A stretch of DNA of 63,822 bases, filler included, from Octopus bimaculoides (taxonomy: Eukaryota): NCBI RefSeq assembly GCF_001194135.2. It is 7 parts of 6 records of this genome, joined end to end, with 100 filler letters (N's around TTAATTAATTAA, not from the genome) between each part and the next. Parts side by side here need not be neighbours in the genome. Positions count along the whole stretch, not along the records: positions 46,505 to 56,210 come from NC_068983.1; positions 56,311 to 62,623 come from NC_068995.1; positions 62,724 to 63,822 come from NW_026418654.1; 4 more parts are not named here. The stretch is one strand, 5' to 3'. The first letter of the stretch is position 1, and every line of letters begins with the position of its first letter. The notes under the pieces are model-generated. The model was not told where the DNA came from and did no database searches. It worked only from the letters and a program-made list of their open reading frames with translations. Both the position numbers and the translations under genes were made by a program. Of the stretch, positions 51,201 to 63,666 are shown one piece after another.

Positions 51201-51425
51201 TAAGTAGTACTGTATCACTATCCTGTTTTTTCGCTGGTCCACTTCCTCCTCCTCCTCCTCCTTGGTCTATTATCTGCTAGTGCTGTATGACAGCTGTAGT
51301 CAGTCTGCATCTTTATTGATCCACGGACAAGCGAGAGGCCTTCCCTTAAAGGTCCAGCTTAATTTTCGCTGTTACAACCAGTTCTTCGGAAACTCCTGCC
51401 TTTCATAAACTGAGGTAAGGTAACG
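48290..51425 (-). mobile_element. Nearly full-length, inactivated R4/Dong-clade LINE (single ORF: N-terminal domain, RT, CCHC, RLE)
   Basis: RRRRKW/EQRLVDKANAIRRRKWITELE (50903-51260), KMPNWKGPG (50075-50317), YRPITCL..WIDYRKAYD..GIFQG..HLLYMDDLKL (49206-50063), LHG..AAQDQALRTN..CRLC..H..C..RHD (48500-48790), DFNIQIDRVIEARRPYLVVVDK..IIDFAVPND (48300-48430); stops and frameshifts present. Confidence 0.93.
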
Positions 51426-51864
51426 TTCGTCACCATCGTCATCATTACTATTATTTCTTGACATCTAAAAGTTTCAAGCAAGTTTCTATTGCATCATTTG
51501 TTGCACTTTTGTGCTGGAGGGACGGTGTGTGCTGCATTTTTTGTGGGGGAGGGGGACGGATATTGTATTGTATCAGTACGTTTTGTTATGGAGTTTTGTT
51601 TGAGTCTTCTGTTGTAAATTTTTATATTGTATGTTGTTTGTGTAGCGCAGGTTGCGTTCTGTCGGGTATCGGCCTTCTATGGCACATGTTGTGGGTTTTG
51701 TTCATTTTGTTGGGTATTTACAGTATCAGTTTATTCTTGCATGTTTTTGGAGGTGTGTTGCATATTAGTGTGTGTGTGTGTGCGTAATTCCTAAATCAAC
51801 TATTTTGTAGTATTTATGATTATCCGTCCACCGTTCTTTTGCTTGGTTTTGTTATGGGTTCTGT

Positions 51865-52105
<241 letters not shown>

Positions 52106-53354
52106 AACGTTTCCGATATGTTTTCACGCCAATTCAGGAAGTATATAACTTCTCGCTCTGTTTTTTTCTTAATCCTTCGGTTGCGTGAAATTATCAAATA
52201 AACATAACTTACACAATAAAACACTTTTCTTAGATTAGCAAGATTTTAAATTAATTGCTTCGCATTCATTAATATTCATTTAGTTTTTTTTCAATTCTTT
52301 TCCATCCTGCTACTGCTGTTGTTTTTACCGTTGCTGTTGCTGTGGTAGTTCTTAACCATCGTTTATCCAGCTTTCCTTTTCTATATGCGTCTATATTTAT
52401 TTCTGTTGGTCTTTCTGTTAATGTCTCTCTCTCACTTCTCTTTTCGCCTTTCTCCGTTTTCTCGCGCGATTTGGCATTAATCCGAGATTTGTCTTTCGTT
52501 ACCGACTTCTTAGTCTGACACTTCAGACTACCGTTTACAGATGGAAACATTAAGCAACTCGTTTTTCATTCGTGTCACATGTAAATAATGAAGTAAAGTA
52601 AAATAAAATGCATTACATTAGCACAAAAATGTCTATTCGCCCGTTTTGTTGAAAAGAAGAAAAAGGAAAGAAAGATTAAAAAAAGGAAAGATTTGAATGA
52701 AAATTACTTTCAATTGAATATCTATTCAAAAAGAGGAGCTATCACCCTTGGGCCACAGTTCATCGCCATTATTGCTGGCTCTGTTCAGATAATTTCTATA
52801 TTACAGAAATTTTTAGTTTACATATTAGACAAGGAGTTGAAAGCTATAGAAACGAAAAAGTGTGTAAAACAAATAGATGTTGTTGAAAAAAATGCACGCA
52901 CACACACACACACACGTATATATACGAGAAAAAAGTAAAAAATGGCGGCGGTGAAAGTTGCAGTGGAGGCTTAAAGCGAGAAATATTGAGAAATATTTTT
53001 TAAGGAGCAAAGTAGACAAGAGAAACGATAAAGATTGGTGAGAAAGAAGAGGTTTTGAAATGCAAGTGAGGAAAAGAAGACGAAGAAATAGAAGCAATAA
53101 AAGAAGAAAAAAGTAAAACAACAAGGAAAGCAATAAAAACAAATAAAGTACTATAGTGAAAAGAACAATAAAAGAAATTGCAAGAACAATGAGCAAGAAT
53201 TAAGTGAGGAGAAATCTGTGATAGGAAGAGAAAGGGAAAAATATTTCTAGAACATGATTAAAACGACGATGGCATAGCATTGAGAAAAGTGGTTGGAAAA
53301 TGTCAGACACGCAACAGTAATTGTTTTACCAATGAATGGTTAAATTCGTTGTTG

Positions 53355-53386
<32 letters not shown>

Positions 53387-53825
53387 GGTGGTGGTGTTGG
53401 TGACTGTGATGATTATAGTGGTTGCAGAGGTGGTGGAAAAAGGTGATCTTGACGGGATGTTAGCAGGCGTCATGATGCAGTTGGTAGCAGAGGCTGGTAA
53501 TGCTAATGGTGGTTGATCGTATTGTGGGGGTTCATTATGAATGTTGTTGTTGCTTAGTTCAGGTCAGCCTTGATCGAATGGTAGTAATAGTATATGTCAT
53601 TTTAATTGTTTGATCTGGACGAAGGGTATGTGCCTTTGACTTTGCAGTTCCTTTTAGACTGGTGAGATTTATGTAGTTAATGGTCTCCTTAAACAGCTGT
53701 TGGTTACAGAAAATATCTGAGCAGGGAAGGAATTCCAGAAGGTTGATGTTTTAAAGAGAAAGGAATAGGTGTAGCAGTTAGTGCAGTGGATATGAAGGAA
53801 CAAATTTGAACAGGAACACAACAAA

Positions 53826-54209
53826 GGTTGTTGGCACTCCGTCGCTTACGACGACGAGAGTTCCAGTTGATCCGATCAACGGAACAGCCTGCTCGTGAAA
53901 TTAACGTGCAAGTGGCTGAGCACTCCACTGACACGTATACCCTTAACGTAGTTCTCGGGGATATTCAGCGTGACACAGTGTGACAAGGCTGACCCTTTGA
54001 ATTACAGGCACAACAGAAACAGGAAGAAAGAGTGAGAGAAAGTTGTGGTGAAAGAGTACAGCAGAGTTCACCACCATCCCCTGCCGGAGCCTCGTGGAGC
54101 TTTAGGTGTTTTCGCTCAATAAACACTCACAACACCCGGTCTGGGAATCGAAGCTGCTATCCGATGACGGCGAGTCGGTTGCTCTAGCCACTGGGCCATT
54201 GCGCCTCCA
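53826..54209 (-). mobile_element. tRNA-derived SINE sharing the family C 3' body with a different central module
   Basis: Minus head tggaggcgcaatggcccagtggctagagc...ttcgattcccagaccgg; centre gtttattgagcgaaaacacctaaagctccacgaggctccggcagg; 3' body matches 6989-7150. Confidence 0.88.
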
Positions 54210-54744
54210 CCACAACAAAGGAACAAACGGAAAATTCATACACAAGATGGGACGTTGCAAATTCCTTGTCAGTTATCGTCTAAAAGATCCTTACAATTTT
54301 ACGCCTTTTTTTCTGTTTGTTCCTTTGTTGTGTTTCGAATCATATTTTGAAACTTATCATTTAATGTAATATTACAATATGTACTGATGTAAACTTCTTA
54401 CTCTTTACTCATGCTGCCGGATATTTTTTGTGCGACATCTATTTCTTTCTTTTTTTCTCTCTCTCTCTCTTCTTTCCCTTCTATCTCTCCTTCCCTCTCT
54501 CACCTACTTTTTCTCTAGTGCTTTCTGTCTGTCTGCCCTCCACCAATTTTTCTCTCTTCTTCCACTTCCACGTGACCCGTGGCCATTCTCATCTTTGTCT
54601 CATCCATTTCGTTTCTTGCCTGACCGTTGACTCGATCTGTCATGTTTCTCTCGTCTCCTCTACTTTTGAATACTGCTTTTTTTTTGCACCGTTCGTTTTT
54701 TCACCTTTTGTTCTGATTTACCACACCGTCATGCCTTCATACAC

Positions 54745-54795
<51 letters not shown>

Positions 54796-54819
54796 ATTTG
54801 ACAAATTTCCTTCAGTGTC

Positions 54820-54868
54820 CAGCTATCACATCCACTCACAAACCATTCGTCGGTCCCGTGTTATAATA
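54820..54868 (-). mobile_element. SINE family B, left piece (interrupted by mariner)
   Basis: catccactcacaaaccattcgtcggtcccgtgttataaTA continues after the mariner. Confidence 0.7.
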
Positions 54869-56101
54869 TTAGGTTGTCCCCAAAATAATGGCCACTCTAA
54901 ATGTGTTTTGAAACGCAATTTTATCATAGTATTTTAATCATATTTTAGGGGAATTTCGACATATTTAATAACTGATGTATGCTCTTTAATAATTTTCTAC
55001 TTATTTCAGACAAGAATCATTCTTGAAGCATAGGCGCCCTTAATAATGAACATGACAAAAAAGAACCTTCGCTTACTTTTCTTGCATGAGTTCAAGCTTG
55101 GGCACAATGCCTCCCAAACTGCTGCCAATATCAACAGAGCATGGGTAGAGGGGTCCACAAGTGATCGCACAATACGATGGTGGTATCAGAACTTTCTTAG
55201 TGATGATGAGAGCATTGAAGATGAAGAAAGTAGAGGACGGTCATGAAGTCTTGACAATGAACAATTGAAAGCAATTGTTGAACAAAACCCACGTCAAAGT
55301 GTCAGAGAAATGTCTCAGGCACTTGGTGTCGGTATTGCAACGGTCTCAAACAATCAGCAGAAGATTGGTAAGGTGAAAAATCTCGATAAATGTGTACCGC
55401 ATGAGCTCGATGCTCTTTCTGCGAAATACCAGTGATCCTTTTCTTGACCGAATAGTCACTTATGACGAAAAGTGGATCCTTTATGATAACCGTAAATGAT
55501 CAAGTCAATGGCTTGATCGTGATGAGTCCCCCAAACATTTCTCAAAGCCAAAGTTGCATCAGCAAATGATTATGGTGACTGTCTGGTGGTCTGCAATTGG
55601 TGTTTTCCATTACAGCTTTCTGGAAGCCAATCAGAGCATTACAGCAGAGGTTTATTGCAATCAACTCGCTGAAATGCATGCTCATTTGCAAAAGATGAAA
55701 CTTGCATTGGTGAATCACCGTGGCCCAATTCTGTTCTATGATAATGCAAGGCCACATGTTGCAAGAATGACACTGCAGGAACTCACAGACTTGGGATACG
55801 AGACTTTACCACATCCTTTATATTCTCCTGATTTTTCGCCCGCTGACTACCATTTTTAAAGTATTTAAACACGTTTTTAAGTGATAAACTTACAAGTCCA
55901 AACCAGAGGTGGAATCAGCTTTCAAAGATTACTTAACAACAAAGTTTCTATCAACGAGGCATAAATAATCTCGTGGATCGATGGCAGAGATGCATAGATG
56001 TTTACGGCTCATACTTTCACTAATCAAAACATTTCTATTGCTAATTTTTCCAGAATAAAATTATGTTTCTGAAATCGGCCATTATTTTGGGAACAACCTA
56101 A
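54869..56101 (+). mobile_element. Full-length decayed mariner (DD34D), 1233 bp
   Basis: TIR TTAGGTTGT(C/T)CCCAAAATAATGGCC at both ends; TA at 54867-68 and 56102-03; transposase from 55046 with HEFKLGHNAS, VPHEL, TYDEKW, YDNARPH, YSPDFSPADYHF (34 residues between D2 and D3); multiple stops. Confidence 0.96.
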
Positions 56102-56165
56102 TAAAAGACATCTGCCCAAGGTGTCACGTAGTGAGACCCGATCCGAAGCCATATATTCGCGCCTA
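56102..56165 (-). mobile_element. SINE family B, right piece
   Basis: TAaaagacatctgcccaaggtgtcacgtagtgagacccgatccgaagccat is the reverse complement of the B head. Confidence 0.75.
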
Positions 56166-56210
56166 GCTAGGTTTCTCTGTCCCTCTCTTTCTCTTACATA
56201 CTTATGGTAT

Positions 56211-56310
56211 NNNNNNNNNNNNNNNNNNNNNNNNNNNNNNNNNNNNNNNNNNNNTTAATTAATTAANNNNNNNNNNNNNNNNNNNNNNNNNNNNNNNNNN
56301 NNNNNNNNNN
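56211..56310. other. Artificial scaffold linker N44-TTAATTAATTAA-N44
   Basis: 12-mer at 56255-56266. Confidence 0.95.
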
Positions 56311-58177
56311 ATATATATATATATATATATATACATATCTACATACACACACAAACATATACAAATTATAATCTATACATAGATATAAATATTCACACAC
56401 ACACATGTCCATACATATGTGTGTGTGCATGTGAGTGTGCATGTGAGTGCGTGTGTGTGTGTGTGTGTGTGTGTCCGTGTGTGCCCGTCTGTGTGATTCT
56501 GTGTTGATGTATATAATGTCTATGTATGTGTGTACGTATCCGTGAGATGTCCACATTTGCAGTATTTGCATTCGCTGATATCGTAATATTTGTTCTTAAC
56601 ATTTTTCAGTGTGGCATGTTAGATTTTCGAAATATTTCAGAGGTACTTTAAAGATTAACACTCACACATACACACACATATATACACACAAAAGTATTCC
56701 ACATATACAAATGTGTATGTTTGCATTCGAATAAAGATTGCTGTTAGTCAATCACACACACATAAGCACACCGGCTCATTCACGCACTAACATACAAGCA
56801 TAGTTCGCTTTCATACATTTAGTAAAAAAAAAAAAAATGTTATGAATAATTTCTTTCAAATATTGGTTTTAATTGAATAGAAATAAATTACAGTCGGTTG
56901 GTGCCATTTAGGCCTGCCGTCATGGTTGGTCGACCTAGAATTGGAAAGCTGAGTAAAAATTTTAGAAAAATAATTAAAAAATTGAAAGAATATCTATGAC
57001 TTTTAAAATTAGTGTCAGAAAACTACTGCTTTACACCCCTTTACGGCTACTGGCTTTTGCNNNNNNNNNNTGCTTCTCGTTTCTTTTTTTATCATTTTTT
57101 AATGTTACCTTCCTTGAGGTGGAAAGGGAGGGAATTCTTTGCTTCTTTTTTCTGTTTCGTTTTTGGACGCCATTTTCTGCTGAGTTTCTTTATTCATTTA
57201 TGTGTTTAATTTTCGTTTCTTTTTTCGTCTCTGAGATTCCTCTTATTCAAATCTCTCACCGACAGAATCGCACATAGAGAAGAATGATTCTTTCTTGCTT
57301 TTTATCTTTCACTAATCTCACTTACTCTCTCCCTTCCTCAATCATTATTTATCTCTCTCTCTCTCTCTGTCTCTCTTTATTTCTCTATTCTCAATCTTTC
57401 TCTATTGTCTCTCTTTCTATTACTCTCACTATTTGTCTCTCTATGATTCACTGCTACACACAACATACTAAATTATAATATCTTTAACACATTATTTACA
57501 TTAAAAACCATGTTTAATTCGAAAGAGCTGTAGAACACCGTATTAAATATTTTAAACTAATTCTGTCTTCCCGACTCAACCCTCCACGATCTGGGTTCAT
57601 ATCTTATCTCGATCGATTTTACGTCTATTAATTTTCGTTCAAACATTTAATTTACCAATCATCGAATTATATCGATCCAGTCAACATGTTTAGTTTTGGT
57701 GTTGCTTTTTTTTAGATGCACACACACACGATCAAGGGAGCATACTAATGATTTTCGCCCTTAGTCAGGGCACTGGATTCGCACAACTGTTAGAGCGCCG
57801 AAGTAATGCATTACAATATGCAATCCCTTTCTTTACGTTCCGGTTTCAAATCCCGTCGAAATCATTTTTTCAATTTTCTTTTCATTCCGCGGCCTTTTAA
57901 AGAAAGTACAAATCAGGTACATCTTTCGTCAGTACCACGTTTCTTCTCAATACTATTAGCTTTGTACCTAAGTTAGAAACAGCAGTAGCTTTCGGCCCAA
58001 AAGTGCCAGCTCATGCCAGCAAAAACGGTAAAACAAACAGTGAACTTCCTACTCTGAAGTTCATACTCGTCACCGTGTTGCTATTATTCGTGTTATTGTT
58101 ATAGAGTTCAAATGTCATGCGGGTCAAGTTTGCATCTCGTACTTTCGGGACACTTAGAATAAATTGCTACCGCAACA

Positions 58178-58505
58178 CTGGCACTGTGTCGCTTATGACG
58201 ACGATGGATCCAGTTGGTCCGATCAACGGGGTAATTTACTCGTGAGATTAACGTGGAAGTGGTTGAGTACGCTACAGACACGCGTACTCCTTCACACACT
58301 TCTCAGGAAGATTCAGCGTGGCACAGAGCGTGACAAGGCCGGCCCGTTTGACATACAAGTACAACTCATTTTTTTGCCAGCTGAGTTGACTGCAGCAGCG
58401 TAAAATACAGTGCCTTGCTCAAAGGCACAACACGCCGCCAGGAATCGAACTCGGGACCAGATAATCGCGAGCTGAATACCCTAACCACTAAGCCAAGTGC
58501 CTTCA
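58178..58505 (-). mobile_element. tRNA-derived SINE family C
   Basis: Minus head gcacttggcttagtggttagggtattcagc...gagttcgattcctggcgg, cctttgagcaaggcac...cagctggcaaaaaaatgag, 3' body as 6989. Confidence 0.85.
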
Positions 58506-59091
58506 CATTATCTCAGCACTAGTGTGCGTATAATTGACTCGCCCTTGAGCCAAAATTTGAAACATTTAATGCTATGGCTTATTTTAAATGTTGTGGCTGA
58601 TGTCTTGTTGTTGCTGTTGTTGCTGTTGTCGCTATTATTATCTGTATTGTTGATGTTTCTCTTATCGTTGCTGTCGTTAATATTTTTTGCCGCGATTACT
58701 GTTGTTGATCTTATTGTTGCCGTTAGTAATATTGTTGTTGTTGTTGATGGTGATGATGATCTTTTCCCTTTCCCCACGTTCAGGATCATTATACATTCAA
58801 CACACACCTTGGTCGTGGTTTTTCCGAGTTTCTTTTATGCCTCAAATAGTACCACGTTATTCGCTCAGTTTTCCCATTTCTTAGGCGTCAGTGTAAGGTC
58901 CGAAAGATACTTTAGCTGCTATTTCTAATTACTTAACTGACTGTGTAGCGTAACATTCAGTGCCTCGGGGCTGGGAGTCTTCTATATTGATACATATTTC
59001 TGTGTGGTACTGCAATTTTAATGTTATTGTTGGGAAATGACATACTCTGAACTCATGTTCAGAACAGGCCATTTAAAAAAAAAAAGGGAAA

Positions 59092-59287
59092 TAATAACGG
59101 AGTGTTAGTGGAGAGGGTTAATCGCTTTCATCGACCCCAATACACAACTGCTACTTATTTTTATCGACCCCCGAAAAGATGAGTGCAAAAGTCTACCTCG
59201 GCGCCATTTAAACTCAGAACGTAGAGGCGGACGAAATTCCCCGAAGCATTTTGGCTTACGTGCTTTTTCTTCGGCCTGCTCACCGTC

Positions 59288-59288
<1 letters not shown>
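59092..59288 (-). mobile_element. SINE family A
   Basis: catcgaccccaatacacaactg...aaagtctacctcggcgccatttaaactcagaacgtag; head abuts (AAT)n. Confidence 0.8.
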
Positions 59289-59348
<60 letters not shown>

Positions 59349-59365
59349 TAATAATAGTAATAATA

Positions 59366-59520
59366 AAATTGCACTAGTTGGCACTGCACGCATCCTACGC
59401 AAAACATTTCAATACAGTAACCATAAGAGCATCACAGCAAACCACAGCACATACCCAAGGCACACAGAGCTGCGCTCGGTAGTGATGTGAAAGCACATTA
59501 TAAAAATAAAACTACTGAAC
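59366..59520 (+). mobile_element. 5'-truncated R4/Dong LINE tip inside an (AAT)n array
   Basis: KIALVGTARILRKT is the conserved Dong/R4 C-terminal motif; (AAT)n on both sides (59289-59365, 59521-59585). Confidence 0.8.
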
Positions 59521-59570
<50 letters not shown>

Positions 59571-60679
59571 AAATAATAATAATAACGACAACGACAACAG
59601 CAACAGCAGCAGCAGCAGTAGCAGTAGCAGTAGCAGTAGTAGAGCATAATGAAATATACTGAACACAAGGATAGCGACGACAAAGCGACCATATCATTAA
59701 CAGTAATATAAAAACATGAAGGAGGAAATACGAAATACAGCCGTTGTAAACATTTGTTGTGGATGGAAACAAACCGACTAAGAAACAATAAAAAGCATCC
59801 CACAAAAGATATAACCTCTACCCACACACTTCCGCACCATGATTCAGCACAAACCCAGCTTCTCCAATATCACTTAAAACTCTTTCAGTGCTGCATCTAA
59901 TTGATTCACCCCGAATAAACAACTTCATGTTTTAGAATTATTTTTGTCAAACAGGAAGCACTGAAATCAGCGAAAGAGACTCTTCATAACTACAAATAAT
60001 AAAATAAAATAGAACAAATTTTAAAAGAACAATAATAATAAAATATTCCAGAAAAAATATAATAAAATGCGCTGGCGTGACGTGAAATAAACTCGGGTCG
60101 AATAAATGGCGTGTCAGTTCCTGGTTTGTATATTATCTTATATGTCCACACCAATAATTTTTTTTTTGTTGTTGTTGCTTTTTGTCAATCCCACCGTGAT
60201 GTGTTCTGAATCAGATCAACATGTCCTGTTTTGGTGACTATCCTTTATTGTCTTAATTGACCAAAATACAAAGAGCATTTACATTAAAACTCATTCGTGA
60301 AGTGACCCGCTCATTTAGTCCCTATAGCGTCGTCGAACCTTTTAAAGGTTACAACAAAATCTCCTTAAAATAGCACATTGGTGTCTTTGTAGAAAGACTC
60401 ATAGGTCGTAGAATGTTGTTCGTGCTTATATTGCGATAGAAAACAAAGAAAAAATGGAGGTCGCGACTGCATTACTTGACATAATAATTCTGCTCTGCGC
60501 AAGCATTACCCTAGCCTTACGACAGCAAATACCCCCTTCAGCAAACTGAAGAGGGAAAGTTTACATGATGATATAAAATGGGAGAAATAAGAATTGAATT
60601 TCCTTCAGATCTCAATAATGAAGGACACGCATGAAATGAAACCGAAACAAATGTAAAATTAACCAAACAATATAAAAAA

Positions 60680-60840
60680 GCGATGTGGTTGTGCGCTTCA
60701 GAAGTTCGCTTCAAATCCACAGGCTTCCGATTTCAATCCACCTACGACACTACGAGAGAAGTTGGGCAAATGCGTTCTATTACAGCCCAAGGCTAGGTAG
60801 TGGATTTGGTAAAGAGTATCTGTGTGGAAACTCGTTGTAG
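60680..60840 (+). mobile_element. SINE family B, degenerate 5' half
   Basis: gttgggcaaatgcgttctattacagcccaagg...gtggatttggtaaag. Confidence 0.55.
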
Positions 60841-60974
60841 ACATCGCTGGAAATACGAGACAAACCTAAAATCGATTATGGAATATTCTTGAAAATAAAG
60901 TAGCACACATTCGGCATTATGCTGAGGCGTACCCAAGATACAGAAAATAAAGAATAGAAATAGTCAGAGTTGGA

Positions 60975-61380
60975 ACACTTTAGATCGCAAAATGTATGCC
61001 AAATTCCATGTCTATACCTTTACTAAAGAGTTTTACAGGTAGTATTATAGAAGCAGTTTCTATTTTTCTTAGTTAAAAGATTCAAATGTTCTATGTAGAG
61101 CAAATGGTTAATTTTATCTTTACTCTCGCTAAACTGATAATCTGCTTTTGCCTTTCTCAATTCTAAACTGAGGTGGATGAAACATAACACGAATATTAGA
61201 GGGGATAAAGAGTCTCCCTGAAGAATTCCTTTATTCGTATTAACTTTCCTAAGATTGCATCACCTGAGTAAAGATCTACTTTCCATTTTACCACGTTATA
61301 GCTAATTAAATAAATGTCTTACATTGTTTGCAATACTGAATATACCCAACCAGTCTCTTATCCATGAATATAGAATCACT
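60975..61380 (-). mobile_element. Second diverged RT fragment of the 48-51 kb Dong family
   Basis: Colinear nucleotide match to 49370-49770 (atgtagagcaaatggtt, tgccaaattccatgtc, cacctgagta, cttatccatga). Confidence 0.85.
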
Positions 61381-61416
61381 CAAGCACGCGAACACACACG
61401 CACAGATATGTGTGTG

Positions 61417-61458
<42 letters not shown>

Positions 61459-62410
61459 TATATTTATATATGTATATATACACATATATGTATATACATA
61501 TATAAATATATANNNNNNNNNNNNNNNNNNNNNNNNNNNNNNNNNNNNNNNNNNNNNNNNNNNNNNNNNNNNNNNNNNNNNNNNNNNNNNNNNNNNNNNN
61601 NNNNNNNNNNNNNNNNNNNNNNNNNNNNNNNNNNNNNNNNNNNNNNNNNNNNNNNNNNNNNNNNNNNNNNNNNNNNNNNNNNNNNNNNNNNNNNNNNNNN
61701 NNNNNNNNNNNNNNNNNNNNNNNNNNNNNNNNNNNNNNNNNNNNNNNNNNNNNNNNNNNNNNNNNNNNNNNNNNNNNNNNNNNNNNNNNNNNNNNNNNNN
61801 NNNNNNNNNNNNNNNNNNNNNNNNNNNNNNNNNNNNNNNNNNNNNNNNNNNNNNNNNNNNNNNNNNNNNNNNNNNNNNNNNNNNNNNNNNNNNNNNNNNN
61901 NNNNNNNNNNNNNNNNNNNNNACCCACATACACGCACATATATAACCATGTCGGTAGACAGATGGCTAAAGAGTGGGAGTGGGAGACAGAGAGAGACACA
62001 GAGAGACAGAGAGGAGAAGGAAAGCGAGAGATATGTATATAAACATATATATATATATATATATATAGTATGAACAAGGGGAAAAGAATCAATAAGAAAA
62101 TGAAAGAGAAAAGCGAGAGTAGCGGAAGTAACAATACAGGGAAGACTCGATTACATGGTGTTCGTATTTTGAAATTCCATAGTTCTGTTGTTGGTATTGG
62201 CTGAACAAAGGAATCGGCAATGTCTCTAATTAATTCAACTCATTACAGTCGTTGGAATACGGAGTTAATTCTACCAGCATGAAGCTTCCTTAAAATAAGT
62301 AAGGGGATTCACAACTATATGGCAACAACTGTATTTATGTACTTATGTATATACGTATGTAAATGTGTCCCTATATACATGCACACACACACATATATAT
62401 ATATAGAGAG

Positions 62411-62443
<33 letters not shown>

Positions 62444-62463
62444 TAGATAGACAGACAGAAAGC

Positions 62464-62510
<47 letters not shown>

Positions 62511-62623
62511 AAAGATAGCTAGATAGACAGGCAGACACAGACAGAGAGATAGATTGATAAATACACACACATACATACACGCATATATACGTATATTAGC
62601 ATATATATATATATATATATATA

Positions 62624-62723
62624 NNNNNNNNNNNNNNNNNNNNNNNNNNNNNNNNNNNNNNNNNNNNTTAATTAATTAANNNNNNNNNNNNNNNNNNNNN
62701 NNNNNNNNNNNNNNNNNNNNNNN
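62624..62723. other. Artificial scaffold linker N44-TTAATTAATTAA-N44
   Basis: 12-mer at 62668-62679. Confidence 0.95.
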
Positions 62724-63116
62724 ACCACAAAAAAAAAAGCACTGTTTTCAGTGGCACTGGTTATGCTAATTTTCTTTATTAGTGACATTTGACTAAATCA
62801 AAAAGTTAAGAAGTTGTTAGGTTGTGCTCTTGATAGCCTGGATCGTTTACTGTGAATAGTGACAACAATCTAGCAACCAAATTGCAGTTTTGTGTTCAGT
62901 TTCTCGAACAGTTATTGTTTTATCCAGAGGGAGATTTCATCTGTCATGTGTTCTGCATAATGCTGCATCAGAAAGGCAGTCGTATAGTGCATGTCATCAC
63001 ATGAACCATACAAACCTGGTTTACATTCTTTCTTTAGGAAGTCAGGAACTTGCTCTTGTAAGGGAAAAACTATAGGTTTCTTGTCATTCATATCTATTCT
63101 GTAATGGAATCAATAG

Positions 63117-63666
63117 ATGGCCGGGCAGTGAAATTTTTTTTCTCCACGAGAGTTCCAGACTCCAGTTATGAACTCATTTGCATACAGCCAATCAGAGCTC
63201 AACTATCAAACTAATTTATGAGCACATAACAAGTAATGGGTAATAAGTTAAGGTCATTTGGGTAAGGAATGACCACGCTTCTTTTCACTTTTAATAATGC
63301 TTGTTCTTGTTTCAACCATGACTGCCTCTGCATAGTTATTTGTGTTGATGTTTACTTTGTAAAACAGTAAGGGGAGAGGGTTGCTAGCACATCACCCTCT
63401 ACCCACATTTTCCCCATCCACATCTTTAATATGAGGCCCTAACAAAATCTGATAATAGGTATAGATGCAAATCTAATTACTTGTCTCCTAAAATCAGGCA
63501 TAACTTGGCGATTGGTCGACTTACAACACCGTTCTTTGTCGAGTTTACTTGGTAGAGAGTTTGTAAACTTGACAAGGTCATGGTGAGCTCTAATTGGCTG
63601 TATGCAAATGAGTTCATTACTGGGGTTTGGAACTCTAGTGGCAAAAAAAATTCCACGGCCGGGCAT
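63117..63666. mobile_element. Non-autonomous element (MITE/foldback) with ~84-bp TIRs
   Basis: 63117-63200 is an imperfect inverted repeat of 63585-63666 (shared agagttcca, atgaactcatttgcatacagccaat, agagctc); no clear TSD. Confidence 0.85.

Noticed and set aside
62910-63090. 59-aa minus frame containing ECKPGLYGSC (EGF-like word)
   Set aside because: The rest of the EGF cysteine spacing is absent and no splice support was seen.
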